Notes: a model not told the origin generated them from the sequence alone. DNA of 64,000 nt from Antedon mediterranea (GCF_964355755.1 NC_092680.1:4402001-4466000), one strand, 5' to 3'; numbered from the stretch's first letter, positions 13,375 to 28,199 are shown. Numbers and translations: made by a program.

Positions 13375-15479
13375 AGTATAATGTTTATTGAAAACATTGT
13401 ATGTTATTGTGAATACCCTAGTGTAGGCCTACTTCATCAATATACCAGATAAAAACAATACTATATTGTTATTGGCTTAGAATTGTAGATGCTATAATTG
13501 TAATTAGTATAGGTTTCTGCCGTGATTGATCTACGCTAATGCTTTTATGACATTAAAGTAGCATTTTATGACCTGTAGTAGCCCTACATCTGAGACAATA
13601 ACTATTTATTTGTTGTCTCAGCCTACATACATGTAAAATTACAAAATCAGTAAGGATACTAGGCCTAGGCCTTCTAGGCTTACTAGTAAACCATATGATT
13701 TGCCGACATTGATACTGCCTAGGTAGGCCTAGGCTAATCTTAAGTGTAGTAGATACAACGTGTAATCATGATCTATATACTTACCGTTGTCTTACTTCTT
13801 GTGTGAATAATAATAGGTACTTCGTTTGTTCGTGATTAAGTTTGCCCTGCGTGTACTTTTCAAAACGACCGCTAGGTAACGAATCGCAACTATACATAGC
13901 CAGCCATTCCCGGATCAGGGATCGCTGTTTTCATTCAATTAGACCCGGTGATTGGATGTGATGTGGATGACATAACCACTAACCAATCACCAGGCACTAC
14001 AATTTAAATATAAACACATCGATAATTAAGGAGATTTATGAAGAAACCACTGCTTAGCCATATATTTAAAACACGATTGTTGTATGGGTGAACACCGGCC
14101 ACGCTAACAACATACATGGTCAAGTGCATAATTTAATATTCTATAGATTAACGCAATTTTTAATGACAGAAGATGGCAGGCAAATAATGATAATTCAAAT
14201 ATAAAAATTGCATATTTTATTAATATTACCAACTACTTAAAATTACCAGTCGTAAGAAAGTGAACTTTTCGTAGTCCGATTGTGATGAAACTAAAACAGA
14301 ATTATTCAGCAATATATTTTTGTTGTCAATTAATCATCGACGCAGACATGTCAATAGAACATTCAGACTGCGCATACGATTTCTACATGGTTACGTTTTG
14401 GTGTCTCAAAAAATGTAACAGTTGATTCGCAACGTTTTAGAGAGGGCCGCGGTTAGAGACACGGAGTTCAATGAGCGTGTTTGTTTGATTGGCAGCAGTG
14501 CTTTAGTATTGGCAAGCGCGTTGTAAAATCGTTTGATGTCACCGTCGATGCATATCCTTCTATTCTTTAATCCATGATTATACGGATATAAATTCCCCAT
14601 GGACCACTTAATGTAGTTCATTCATGTTGTAAATTTGGTGAAACCTCTTTAACCCAATTTAAATGTACACATTTGCCTTGATGAGGATGACAATTTTCAA
14701 GTTTAATATTAGTGTTCCAGGTAACTTGTTCACATTAGAAAAGAAGAAGCGAACATTTTATTAAAATGACGTCACTATCTGCTTGCCAAACGCTAATCTT
14801 ATTGCAAATTCTAATACATTATTATGACTAATCATAGTATTATTTATGTTACAAATGTGATGTTAAATATTTTTCGGACCAACCGTGGTATTTGGCCCTA
14901 ATTGCATTACGTTTCAAGAACATTTATTATTTCAACACCGTAATGGCAAATAACAACACATGCCTACATTTTAAATAGGCCTAACCATTATATTATGCAG
15001 ATATACTTTAGGCCTTTAGGAAAAAAATAAACTTGATTAAATGTACAAATACATAAATTGTGTCGATAAAGACAAATTACAGTTTGTTGTAGCCTAGCAT
15101 TGTACTACACTACTATGTTAAAATTATAAAATAAAACTTTTTGTTTGCCTATACGTGTACGTCAATAGACGGTTAGTAAACATAGTAAATAGTGTATTAA
15201 TACTGAATCTACAAATGATACTTAAGCAATATCATATTTGTCCACAATATGTAATACCTATATAATAAGACCAGGTGATCGATATATCAATGTCTGTAGT
15301 GACGTAGTGCGTCTTAGCTTATACTTAGTCTGATATTATTCACTGAAAGATGGATGACCACGTGGTATGTCATGATTTACTTAAGCTCAGACTCATGTCA
15401 TGGATGTTGGATTTTTCTACAACTTGTAGATTGCATAGACCTAATTATTCGTAAAGCACATATTAAATATGGTAAAGTT

Positions 15480-15835
15480 TAGATGAGTAGAGTCGTGGTA
15501 TTTTGGTAAGGTTCAATGAGAGACAGAGTTGTGGTATTTGGTGAGGTGAGGTGAAATAGTTCAGGTGAGTAAAGTTGTGGTGTTTAGTAAGGTGAGGTGA
15601 CGTGCAATGGATTCATGTGAGAGGACTTGGTATAAGGTAAAGTTGTAGGAAAGAAATGAGTTTAGTTAAGTTGAGGTAAGGTAAACTTACAAAGTTCAGG
15701 TGCGATAAGTTCAGGTGAAAGGGCTTGGTATAAGGTAAAATTGTAGGATTGAAATGAGTTTAGTTGAGTAGAGTTAAGGTAAAGTTGCAAAGGTGCAGGT
15801 GGAGGTGCAATGAGTCTAGGTAAGGCGGGGCAAGG
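15480..15835. repeat. G/purine-rich low-complexity tract with a ~99-bp duplication
   Basis: GGTGA/GGTAA pentamers. TTGGTATAAGGTAAA occurs at about 15627 and 15726. Confidence 0.6.
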
Positions 15836-16649
15836 CGTACTTTTGCTGGCTGCAAGTGTGAATCAAGACAGTGATTAATAATCAATGACGCGAATTCAAT
15901 CCTGAAAGCATTTTTTTTAATACACAGCAGTTTGACGTAAATAAATACCTAAATATCAAATGAAAGTAGAATGTTTTAGCCTAGCGTGGGTCGATGAAAG
16001 TGTACTGTATGATAATAATGCGAATATGTATATTCACACCTGATTACATCTTAAATGATGTTTGCAATGCATTTATACATTCAATATCAAACGCTACCAT
16101 AAGCACGTTCTTGGAGTATTAAATTTGTTCAGAACGAGAAAGACGACTTAGTATTAAATCGTAAGGTTCAATCTCATGTTGTACTAAGCTAGGTAGCCTT
16201 TATCTTGAATGATTTATAGCAAAAGTATTATTGCGAATTCAATAAATGATTTATGATTGGATTCTGCAGACTTATCATTTGAGCCTAAACTTAAAATTGC
16301 AAATAATGAAGCTGGTTTTCTCACCACCATATCATAAAAGATACGATTTCATTCAACACAAATTATCATGACATGTCGTTAATTAAATCCGTTCCGTTTA
16401 ATTACAAATGAAATCCGTAGAATATTTGGCTTAAAGTGATTTTTTTCTGAATTTTATCTGATGATAAGAAAATGGTTCCCACGCATGCACGCGTTGAGTT
16501 CAAGCGGGAACCAACATTTAAGGCATGCCAGCACGAAACAAAACAAAAATAAATAGATAAAAATTTCAAATAAGGAATTAAATTAGTCTACGTTTGTTAT
16601 TTTGAAAATTACAATGAAAAAACGCTGAATGTATAGTGGAACACATTTT

Positions 16650-16760
16650 AACAAGGCCATGTACATGACTGCAGTCGCGTGCTCAAGTTAGTGTTTACCG
16701 ACCAACCGACCAACCGACGGACATAGTGAGCTGTAGAGTCGCGTTGCACGCGACTTAAAA
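16650..16760 (-). mobile_element. Miniature HINE-like element (~110 bp)
   Basis: The minus strand reads TTTTAAGTCGCGTGCAACGCGACT, then (GTCGGTTG)n, then the subTIR GCACGCGACT, then the palindrome GTCATGTACATGGC and CTTGTT. Confidence 0.65.
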
Positions 16761-18796
16761 CCCTATCGTGCGGTCCAAACCTAATGCTTGGTTCCTACAA
16801 CAGATTCAAACACAAGGACCAATCATGGACCAAACTGTCGTTTGTTATTGGTCAACAAGCTGACATTGCGTTTACGTCCTTGCGTACCAAGCCTTACCCT
16901 GAACCAATATTTCATTTGTATTGTCTCAAAGCTATGTTCTTTATGGTCAAAGTTACTTTGAGTATATATGTAACCTAGGCAGGTAACTTTTATATACTAC
17001 TGATATCCTGAAATACGTGTACGAATGTCCTAAAGAATGATGTGAATAAGTAAAATTTCCTATCCGTATTATTTTGATATCATAACTATATTGTAAGAAA
17101 TGAAATACCTACACACATAATATATTAGTGTAAAACTCATTACAGAAATACAGATTTTCTACAGATTTTCTACTTAAAGTTAATTGTCGAGAAAATAAAA
17201 TCACCCTCGGTACGCGCTCAATAAATTTATCTTGAGTGGAATTTAAAGCAACAAATGAAAACGAGGCAAACTCGTTGGCCAGTAATTTGTGAACAGAATT
17301 ACTTTATCGAAATTAGATATTTGATAGTTAACTGGAAATATTTCTGAATGGATTTACTTTAATTTTATTGTAATATTTCATTTCTTTGAAAGAACTGACT
17401 GAAGTTATTTTTATTGAACATAATTCGAAAGAGTTTACTTCATATATTCTGTGTTGATGACGTCTCACCATTGAAAATATATGCATCGTGATTTTTTTTT
17501 CTCTTTCGTGGGTGTAGTTCACTTTTATTATCATGATTTCTTATGGTTTGACGTCCGTGTGTTATAAAACAGAAAACCCTGGTTTGATTTCACAGATTTC
17601 GTGAATATGGCTTAATTTCATTTCATTTTTCATTTATTCCACATTTATTTAATTACGTCATAATTGCAATACAACTGATAACAAGGATCCTGCATAAAAA
17701 AGCTGTAGCTTCGTTTTTTAGGACCCTTTTACATAAGAACAATATAAGTAAATAGAACTTAGATAAAACATTAGACGGGGACGGAACCCTACGGAATTTC
17801 TCCTTGTGTGTTTTAGCACGACAATCCATGTTTTCGATTGCAATCAATTCACTTTCGGCGTTATTATACGGATTCGGTACCCTAATGTAGCTACTTCCGG
17901 GATAGCGCCCTCGTGATTTGCGCCCTCTCTTGACAGTCATAGTAATATAAAACAAATTTTCATAATTATAATTATTAAATAAAACGTCTATTCTCTTCCA
18001 TGATTTTACATACGTCATACATTTTCAGAGTGTGGTTAAATTGTATTGTTTACCAAGTTTCAAGTATCAAACATAAATCGGTTATACACTCCATTCACTC
18101 GTCCATACCTCAGGCTAGACATTACTTAAGGAGTCACTAAAGTTTCCGAGAACTTCACGTGTACATTTACACACATAGCGGGCGAAGTAGTGTTTATAAT
18201 TTAGCTATAACGCGAACTTCATTTATAACTGGCACTGCTTTACTTCTTTCTATGTACGTTGATTTTGGCAGACAATGTAGTGAATTTGATAATAGGCCGA
18301 CATTAATCCGTACACATTTAGATTTATAATTTATATCCTAGGCTGACCAAATAAATCCATAACAAAAAATAATCCACCACTTTATATATTCCCTATAAAA
18401 AAACAGACATTTGTTGTTATATTGTTTTATTTTATACACGAGGATGGAGGAACTGAAGTAATAGTTCACTTCCTAATGGTTTTTATGCATGTACATTTTT
18501 ATGTTGTATGATTTAAATGTTCAATTTTTTTATAGCCTTATAAACATCAATGTATTGAATGTCTGTTTATTGTTTCTTTGTAGAAACAAAAGACACGAAT
18601 AAGGTCGTTATTTAATGTATTTATCCAATATTTTACGACCAACTCCCAAGTTGTAGTTTCTTTTCAAAGTATGCTATAACTAGAGACAGACTTGCTTTTT
18701 TGATAAAATATCTGTGCTCTACGTAGCACAGGTCTTAAAACAACCATGCATTTTTTTCTGTGTTCGTGTGTATGAACAAAAATTAAATAGAATTTA

Positions 18797-20427
18797 ACCA
18801 GAAAACAGCTGAAATACTGTTGTTAAGACTACCAGAAAACGGTTGAAATACTGTTAGTAAGACTATCAGAAAACAGTTGAAATACTGTTGGTAATATTAC
18901 CAGAAAACAGTTGAAATAATGTTGGTAAAACTACCAGAAAACAGTTGAAATACTGTTGGTAAGACTACCAGAAAACGGTTGAAATACTGTTAGTAAGACT
19001 ATCAGGAAAAAGTTGAAATACTGTTGGTAATATTACCAGAAAACAGTTGAAATAATGTTGGTAAAACTACCAGAAAACAGTTGAAATACTGTTGGTAAGA
19101 CTACCGGAAAACAGTTGAAATACTGTTGGTAAGACTACCAGAAAACAGTTGAAATAATGTTGGTAAGACTACCAGAAAACAGTTGAAATACTGTTGGTAA
19201 GACTACCAGAAAACAGTTGAAATAATGTTGGTAAGACTACCAGAAAACAGTTGAAATAATGTTGGTAAGACTACCAGAAAACTTTTGAAATAATGTTGGT
19301 AAGACTACCAGAAAACAGTTGAAATAATGTTGGTAAGACTACCAGAAAACAGTTGAAATACTGTTGGTAAGACTACCAGAAAACAGTTGAAATACAGTTG
19401 GTAAGACTACCAGAAAACAGTTGAAATACTGTTGGTAAGACTACCAGAAAACAGTTGAAATACTGTTGGTAAGACTACCAGAAAACAGTTGAAATAATGT
19501 TGGTAAGACTACCAGAAAACAGTTGAAATAATGTTGGTAAGACTACCAGAAAACAGTTGAAATAATGTTGGTAAAACTACCAGAAAACAGTTGAAATACT
19601 GTTGGTAAGACTACCAGAAAACGGTTGAAATACTGTTAGTAAGACTATCAGGAAAAAGTTGAAATACTGTTGGTAATATTACCAGAAAACAGTTGAAATA
19701 ATGTTGGTAAAACTACCAGAAAACAGTTGAAATACTGTTGGTAAGACTACCGGAAAACAGTTGAAATACTGTTGGTAAGACTACCAGAAAACAGTTGAAA
19801 TAATGTTGGTAAGACTACCAGAAAACAGTTGAAATACTGTTGGTAAGACTACCAGAAAACAGTTGAAATAATGTTGGTAAGACTACCAGAAAACAGTTGA
19901 AATAATGTTGGTAAGACTACCAGAAAACTGTTGAAATAATGTTGGTAAGACTACCAGAAAACAGTTGAAATAATGTTGGTAAGACTACCAGAAAACAGTT
20001 GAAATACTGTTGGTAAGACTACCAGAAAACAGTTGAAATACAGTTGGTAAGACTACCAGAAAACAGTTGAAATACTGTTGGTAAGACTACCAGAAAACAG
20101 TTGAAATACTGTTGGTAAGACTACCAGAAAACAGTTGAAATAATGTTGGTAAGACTACCAGAAAACAGTTGAAATAATGTTGGTAAGACTACCAGAAAAC
20201 AGTTGAAATAATGTTGGTAAGACTACCAGAAAACAGTTGAAATACTGTTGGTAAGACTACCAGAAAACAGTTGAAATGATGTTGGTAAGACTACCAGAAA
20301 ACAGTTGAAATAATGTTGGTAAGACTATCAGGAAAAAGTTGAAATACTGTTGGTAATATTACCAGAAAACAGTTGAAATAATGTTGGTAAGACTACCAGA
20401 AAACAGTTGAAATACTGTTGGTAAGAC
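18797..20427. repeat. 34-bp minisatellite, about 48 units (CCAGAAAACAGTTGAAATACTGTTGGTAAGACTA)
   Basis: Directly visible period of 34 with no spacers. Confidence 0.97.
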
Positions 20428-23400
20428 AGTTTACATGAATTACTTGACCTCTATTCTATTTTGTTCTCTTTCTTCCTTTCCTCACATTATTGACGGCCGT
20501 TATAGTTAATTTGCTATTAGTAACACGCATTCTATTCTAACGTACTAACACGATATGAACTAATGTTTTCTTTTATATTATTACAATAAGCACACTTTAA
20601 TACAATGCCATGGTAATATGCCAAAGTCATTGTTGTGGGTTTTTTTTCAACAATAAAAGTCGACCTTAATTTTTTGCAAATGGCTATTACAGCACATCGT
20701 ACTTCTGATGACAGCCTACTTGTACGCGTGGCATTGAAAACTCCTGTGATGCATCTTGGCATTTCATGGCCCTAAACGATATTTTGATGTAATTTTTTAA
20801 GTCATGCTGTCAATCTTGTTGATTGAAAAATACAAACCTTGAAAACAACGGAAACTTGGAAGTTTGGTTACATAAATAAAATAAGTTAGTTATTTTTATC
20901 ATCTCAGGTTACATAAATAATCATAAATTAATTATAAACTACTTACAGTATTAAAATAATAATAAAATATAAATAAAATTTAAAAATTTAATAAAATATA
21001 AATAATAGAAATTAATACAATTAAGGGTTTAAATATTGTTTAGGAATGTGGATATTAAAAAGAATTAGGAGGCTTAGTGTGAGCCACTATGATTAATACT
21101 GATTTGTCTAACTTGTTTTGATTTCTGTAATATATCTATGTAAAATTTGTCAGTGGACTCTCTTGTTAAGGAAACGTTCGCTAAAGTCCCGGGAGCGATT
21201 TGTTTTCGTACGTCATATCTTATGGATATGACTAATGAATATTCATGTTTATCTTGTGACGTTTCATGAGGAATCCCCAACTTATGTACGAACAGAAATA
21301 TCGCGTTCCGGGAATTCACGGATATCAGAAAGATTATGAAGACGGACGGTTCTAGCAGGGACGAGTTCGCGGTTCTCATTTAGACGTTTAAATTGAGTTT
21401 CGATATGACGAGTTTGAACAGTAAGTTAAGAGATGCAGAGATGATGCCATAATTAAAACTAAATAACATTTAATATAATAAATCCAAAGGCAAATTACTG
21501 AAAAAATGACAATGCTGTAATATATATATGTATCGTGACTAAAAATATAATACCAATTTATTTGGCATTACAGTCTGTGATAAATCAAAGTAGCTTATAC
21601 TTGACACAAAATAAATGTATTTTTTTTTTGTAAAGTCAAATTCTGGACATTCGTCGATTTAGACCAGCATCAATTCTGGTGCAAAATCGATCACTAGAAT
21701 ACGTATGCGGTCGATATTTGCTCTCAACCTTCTTTCGAACATAAATGCAATAACATATTGGTCACTAAAGACCAATAAACTGTCAGCGAAGCATTTTAAT
21801 ATATGTTATTTGAAATGGTCTAGCAAATAATCAACGGCTTAATGGAATGTATAGAAAGCATGAGAAGACAGTGTGTGGATGATAAATTATTGGACTGCTT
21901 TTGCGGACACAGCCTCAGATCTCCTCAGAATTGAGAATCAAACTATAATTGTTATGTTCGAACAGTAATCAAATATATCACATACATTTAAGTTGTTCGA
22001 CATTCCTGCGCATAATATGTTATAAACTTTAGACATTTTATATTACGAATACTTGGACATCTGTGTGTTTATAATGCCATCCGGTATATAAGTTCTATAA
22101 AAAAGAATATCTTAATATTGCATGATTGTATTTGAATAATTTATGCATTTTTAAATATGAATTTGCTGAATGTGCTATACACTGATTTTTATTGTTTTAT
22201 TTGCTGAAGATTGGTTTTTCAAATGGTAGCTTGTTCAACCTCATAATGGAGGACTTAATTAAAATGAATCTATAAAGTGGAAATTGAAATAGAAATGGGA
22301 GTTTGAGTTTTAAATGTAATAATATTATTGTATCTAAATTTTATAAGTTATCGATGTGTTTGTATGACGACTATGTCAAGTAAACATCGCTAGAATTGAC
22401 GTTATGCAGTGCAATGTGCCGTATTGCTTGCGTTGTCACATGTAACAGGCCATCTATTCATTAATTAATTATGGGTGATAGGTGAAGGAGAATACGGTGT
22501 CAAAAAGCGCACAGCATTGTATGGATTTACGCCAGAAGGGCTTCGGAGCGTTGAAGAACAAACAAAATGACGTCATCTTAACATTTAAAGATATCTAAGA
22601 ATCAAATACCATACATTTTCTTACGCAATTATGTTGTTCAGACTCGATTTTCCATCACTTAAGCCAGTTCATTAACGACCACTTGTCAATTTCAGTAAAT
22701 GAACTATATATGATTATGATTCATGCAGTATGATATTTATATAAATTATTAAATCGATAATAAAAAATAAATTGATATCGTCATATATAAGCATACCGTA
22801 CCATTTAACATTAGTTGTTTATTTAGTGACATGCCAATAAGACCTCAGTCGGAAAGTATTCTATATATTTTATATAAACTTGTTTCTGTTAAATACGAAG
22901 AGTTTCTCCAATGTATATTGCAAAAAAAAAATCATATTACACTTTATTTGCAATAACCTTGAATTTGATAAAAGGCTGATTTTGTTACAAATTATATCTC
23001 TAAAGAAATGTTTAGAAAATAAAAGCTTTTCCGATATAACGATGTAAACTCACCTGTAGTATTTATCCTTCTAATCTAGCCAATCCTGCTACACAACATA
23101 TCCTGTGTTGAGTTTTATCCAGCCCAGTACGAAGTTGATGAGACGTTGACCGCCAATATTTTGCCAAAGCCTTGCTATTCATAAAGAAATCAATAGATTT
23201 AGAATGTTTCATAAAACTCATTTATATATTTTAGCAGTGGATTATTCCATTCTGTAAAGGGAATGTTATTTTCAGTTGGTAATTAATGTTTTATTCGTAT
23301 AGTTAATTAGATACGACGGACTACGACACCAACGTCGCTTAGCGCTCAGGTGACTTCCACCAACATAGTTTCCGCATTATGTTATAATAACAGACCCATA

Positions 23401-25323
23401 ACACTAGTATTATGCTTCGGTTTAATCTATATCATAATGCGGATTATTATTTTAATGTTGTGAATTTAGGACGGGGTATAAAACCTACCAAGGGAATCCT
23501 AATATATGTTTTAACTTATAAACATATTATTTTTGATGAAAAAAAAAATTAATAATGTGAAGTTTTAAATTTCGATAGAATTAAATAATCAAAAGGAAAC
23601 AGGTGTTTGGAATTACTGAGCACCGAGGGAACATTCGTCGTGTAGTCTATTTCATAAATGTAACACCCTACAGCCCTGGGGCCATTTACATACAAATGAA
23701 ATTAAATTCATACTGCATATTACTCCATTATCTTACACATAGCATTAATTGAAAGATTATACATTCAGTTTAAAAAAAAAATTATTAAAATAAAAAAAAA
23801 AGGTTAAATTTTCGTTCCGTATGTAGGGGATATTATGATAATTCCAAACACTTAGTCCACCCGGTTCTCTTCTCTACATTTGTTATTATGTTCAGTTTCA
23901 TATACAAATTATGTTATATACAGTGTCATATGTGTCACATGTGACGCCTGTATTATGTTAAAGTTAGGGACCGTAGGTTAGGACAGAGCACTGTACCGAT
24001 AATCGGGTGGAATCGGCTATTCAGTCGACCAATTATTATAATATGTTTGTCGATTCAGAATGCTGTGTTCGTGAAGTTGTTGAATCGAATGCATCGTCAT
24101 TTCTAGAAATACGTATTTTTGCCATGAAATCGGATCGGATTGACGGTATATTACTCGTGTTCGCGTGATGTATTATTGCTGTATGTGTAGACAAGCACAG
24201 TGATCTATTCAGATTCTGCCGATGAATCGAGTACGAATAGTAAAGTATACTAACAACCGGTAGGCCTGCGATGCAGGATTTGATTGAAGCAGGTGACAAA
24301 TTCTAGTGAGGTATGAGAGAGTTATGGAAGGTGAAACATTTAGAAAATATGTATCTCCGTTTGTATACATACAAAACATTTCTGTACCACTAATAGAGCA
24401 TTTTGTCTTGTTATGAAATATAATATATTTGCATGTGATTTAACATAAACCTATTGGAATGAGAGGCGATATCACTCGCAGCAAGTGCATTTTTTATAAA
24501 TATTTAGTCAACAAGACCCTAGATTTATACGCCGGAATACTATTCTACAATATGATTTTGCTGTCCTGGGCCTCTGATGAAACATAAGCAACTCGTTCAT
24601 CACATCAATTTCTAGATTTACTTTTGTCAGTCATCGCTATCTATACTAATTTCAAAATGCTTACCTTTATTCATACCGAGTTGGTTTGATTCGATCGTGT
24701 GAATATTGAGTAATTCGTCCCTCGTGACGCAATGTAATTATACATTGTTTTGATAACAGATAATTATATTTGATAATAATGGGTACCAACATCTGTTAAC
24801 AGTAGTTTGTACTAGGGTGATGTGCATTTATCTTTCTTTGTTTTTCTTATCAGTATTTCGACCATTGGCATTGCTTCTCATATACAAAATGTGATATGGC
24901 CATATATATATATGATGATGTCATGTCACTGCCATATTTAAGCATATCATAACCATATTTGGGCACATCGCAATTGTTTTGTCAAACTAGTTTGATAGTG
25001 TAGACAGAGCTTCATATAGTAAGTTAGTTTGGACAATTGTACTGTGGTCCGGCATAATCAGTAATAACTCAAACTAAATCATAATTATGTATAATAAACG
25101 AGTAATTAACGACAGACAGAACATTAATGCAAGTTGATGTTTCATGCGTAATGTAACTAACGCCTTGGGAGTTACCAAGAATAGAGAAGTTCGTAAGTTT
25201 AGACCTAATATGATTTACGTTGTAGAGCTTCAATTTGAAGTGTTAAATGTCTAGTTTTGGTAACTGCAATAACATAATATGACAATCTATTGTTCAATGA
25301 CCAACACATGATTTAGTGTCTTA

Positions 25324-25478
25324 AGCTCAGTCTACACTATCAAACTAGTTTGACAAAAAAAGTATGATGTGCCCAAATATGGTAGTATATGCTTAAATAT
25401 GGTAGTGATATGACATCATGTCCATATATGGCCACATCACATTTTGTTTTGTCACAGTTTGATAGTGTAGACAGAGCT
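25324..25478. mobile_element. MITE family B
   Basis: Full TIRs, flanked by an 11-bp direct repeat. A partial copy lies at about 24870-25011. Confidence 0.85.
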
Positions 25479-25744
25479 TTAGTGTCTTATTGTCACATAG
25501 TTTATCATAGGATTGTGAAAGGTTAAAGTAAAATTATTGTCAATATAAGGTTTAATACACCTTGACCGCTTTCTAACTGAGTGTCGATAGTTAGAATCTA
25601 TCTGATAACTGCATTTAGAAATGTGCATATGATACCGTCAATACACATTAGGCTTTGATGTTACTATTCGGAGAATAGTAACATCTTGTACCATATGAAC
25701 CGAATCTTTTATCACCTCATTACTAACAATCTTGGTAATTGTTG

Positions 25745-26330
25745 AATTTTTAATCAATTGGCAAGTTCTTGCCTTGTTATTTACCCGGGTAGTTGATGGT
25801 CTACCCGGATCTACCCACCAAGTTAGCGGTACATAAAGCTTACTTACCCGTTGTAAATAACTATGCTTGAAAGGGCGAATGTATCCAGCCATGGGAATTC
25901 AGAGCAAAGTTTACTAATCACAGAATGGACAAAAATACAGCGTAGAACGTAGCATCGTTTCAATAATAAAAGATCTAAGAAAGTGCTGAACTAACCAGAT
26001 CTACAGAAAAAAACTGAAAGTAGCAAACATCTGGAAATTTGCAAAAAAATCTAGAAAGGAACATGATCTAGAAATGAACATGGACGGGTCACAACAGTCG
26101 TTGGACAACAGAAGGAATAATACATTTGTAGTTCAGACAGCAATAGAAGAAAATTTTGAAACACCAACTGGTATCATAAAGTGAGAGAACATGACCTCTG
26201 AAAGTGGTACCTGTTAGGCCTTCGTTCAGCTGAAGAGGACGACCATGGCTGACTATGATGATGCTGACAATGAATATGAAGATGACATAATAAGAAGAAG
26301 GAAAACCTGTAGAAAATATTGATCTGTGTA
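25745..26330 (+). mobile_element. Possible highly degenerate LTR-retrotransposon pol 3' end
   Basis: A frameshifted GQKYRR-like stretch at about 25927, and a purine tract AAGAAGAAGGAAAA followed by TGTAG at about 26292-26312. Weak support. Confidence 0.2.
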
Positions 26331-27004
26331 TGAAACGTCATCTACAATCTTTCGTGTTATTTCAAGGTTATAATTTCCTCTTTGAACAAAATCGCTATCA
26401 AGTTTAATATTTTAATAAGAATAGTATAGTGTTATATTTCAAATGTAATTTCTTCTTTACAAGCAATTTTCACAAAGATTAATAAGGATCAAATCTATAT
26501 TTCCTTATACTAGACTATAGAAAAAACAAATACTATTTACAACTGTTGAAACAAGTTATATCGATTTTTAACAAGTAAAGAAAACCACATCACGATGAAG
26601 GCCTCTCTTGTATGCACTATAAAACTCATGAATGTGCTTTGTGGTAAAGTTGTCACAGTTGTTTATTCAAAGTATTAGAGTACTATTCAGATCAAGGAGA
26701 GACAGATACCATGAAGGGTTAGGATTAGTTTCTTAAATTCAGTGTCAGCATTCGTCGTCCTTCTATTCAAAATGCAACACCACCGCATACTGTGTAACTG
26801 AAGACACTATAGTTGGTTGCCATTTTCTGTATTCATTCCTCCTTACGGGTCTCTCACTTTCTCAGTTGGCGTACTGTACCCTCCTTCTATAATTCCTGGC
26901 AATTTGCAGCCTATTTCACCAATCAAGAAATGGCATAACTTCGCCTTTTTCATTTGTAATTTATATATTAGATAAATCATGAATGATTCCACCGAACTTT
27001 TGAG

Positions 27005-27094
27005 TTAAAATAACGATAGTGAGGCATTTAATAAACATGTCACATTTCAAGGCAGTCTGCCTATTTATTAAATACCTCACTATCGTTATTTTAA
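27005..27094. repeat. 31-bp inverted repeat with a 28-nt loop
   Basis: TTAAAATAACGATAGTGAGGCATTTAATAAA / TTTATTAAATACCTCACTATCGTTATTTTAA, with 1 mismatch. Confidence 0.9.
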
Positions 27095-28199
27095 TGTATA
27101 TATCAATTCAACAGTCTTCATTCTTTATGTATTTGGTATACTGCTGTATCAATGAAGCCTTATCATACCATATTTCCTGATTCGAATATGCACATTTCTT
27201 GTGTCGTTTTGAAGAACAAAGTATAAGCATGAACGTATTAAAAAGTTTAGTTTTAAACAAGAACTTTAAATAATGGCTACTCCCAGAATATAATGTTTCA
27301 CAAAAACCCATTAGATTAAATCACCTTAATGTACAATGCAGGCCTACTAAACCTATTTATCATATGAACACATTTAGAAAATAGACTGAACTACAATAAT
27401 GTATAACATACCTCTAGTTGCTTAACATTCCTTCTCACATATAATGTTTTACATCAGTTTTCATGTTAATTTTGAAGCTTTAAGCAAATGTAAATATTTG
27501 TAGTGCCGATAAGTAGAGACCTCGATAATGTGTCACGATTTACATTACTATTATTAATTAAACAGCCGTAATTGAGGTCACAATTAAGATAATGGCATCA
27601 CTTACTGTCGAATGATGGCAGTATAGTTACAGGTGATATATAGTTATTCATTCCAAGAAGAACAATTCAAATTCATTTATTTATTCGAAGTAGGCTAGGC
27701 GTTTACTCGGGGAAGGCGTTTATTTTGTTGGTTGTAATAATTATGGTAACATGTATAATCAAATAAATACACCCTGGATATGAAAATACAACACAATTAA
27801 TATTGAGAAGTGATAAAATACAGTAAAATGCTTGGTAAATTGTATGTCAATCAATGAATTATACTACGAATCGAAATGTGTATATAATGTAATGTATACA
27901 TTATTATGTTTATGCATCTGGTGGGGCTTTATTCGAGGAAATAAATAGGCCCCGGCGTTTATTCGATCAGGGAGTTCATTCATGATGTTCTATAGAGGGC
28001 CGGTAAAGTTTATAAAATACAGTATACTAATTGTAATGAATACATACAACACAATCCAGCTGCTGCGCGTGTTGGCGTGTACATAATGTGCAGTACTTTA
28101 GAACTACTGGAGTGCAGTTTCGCCGTACCACGCCAAGGTTATAGTCGTGATCCAACCGGATTTGAACGACGGGAAGCCCCGTACTGTTAATTAATGGTA

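Noticed and set aside
18797-20427. CRISPR array (34-bp palindromic unit containing GTTGAAA)
   Set aside because: Units are contiguous with no unique spacers, there are no cas genes, and the context is eukaryotic.
20705-20745. Second hammerhead-like motif (CTGATGA...GAAA)
   Set aside because: Stem II is only about 3 bp and out of register, and there are no credible stems I or III.
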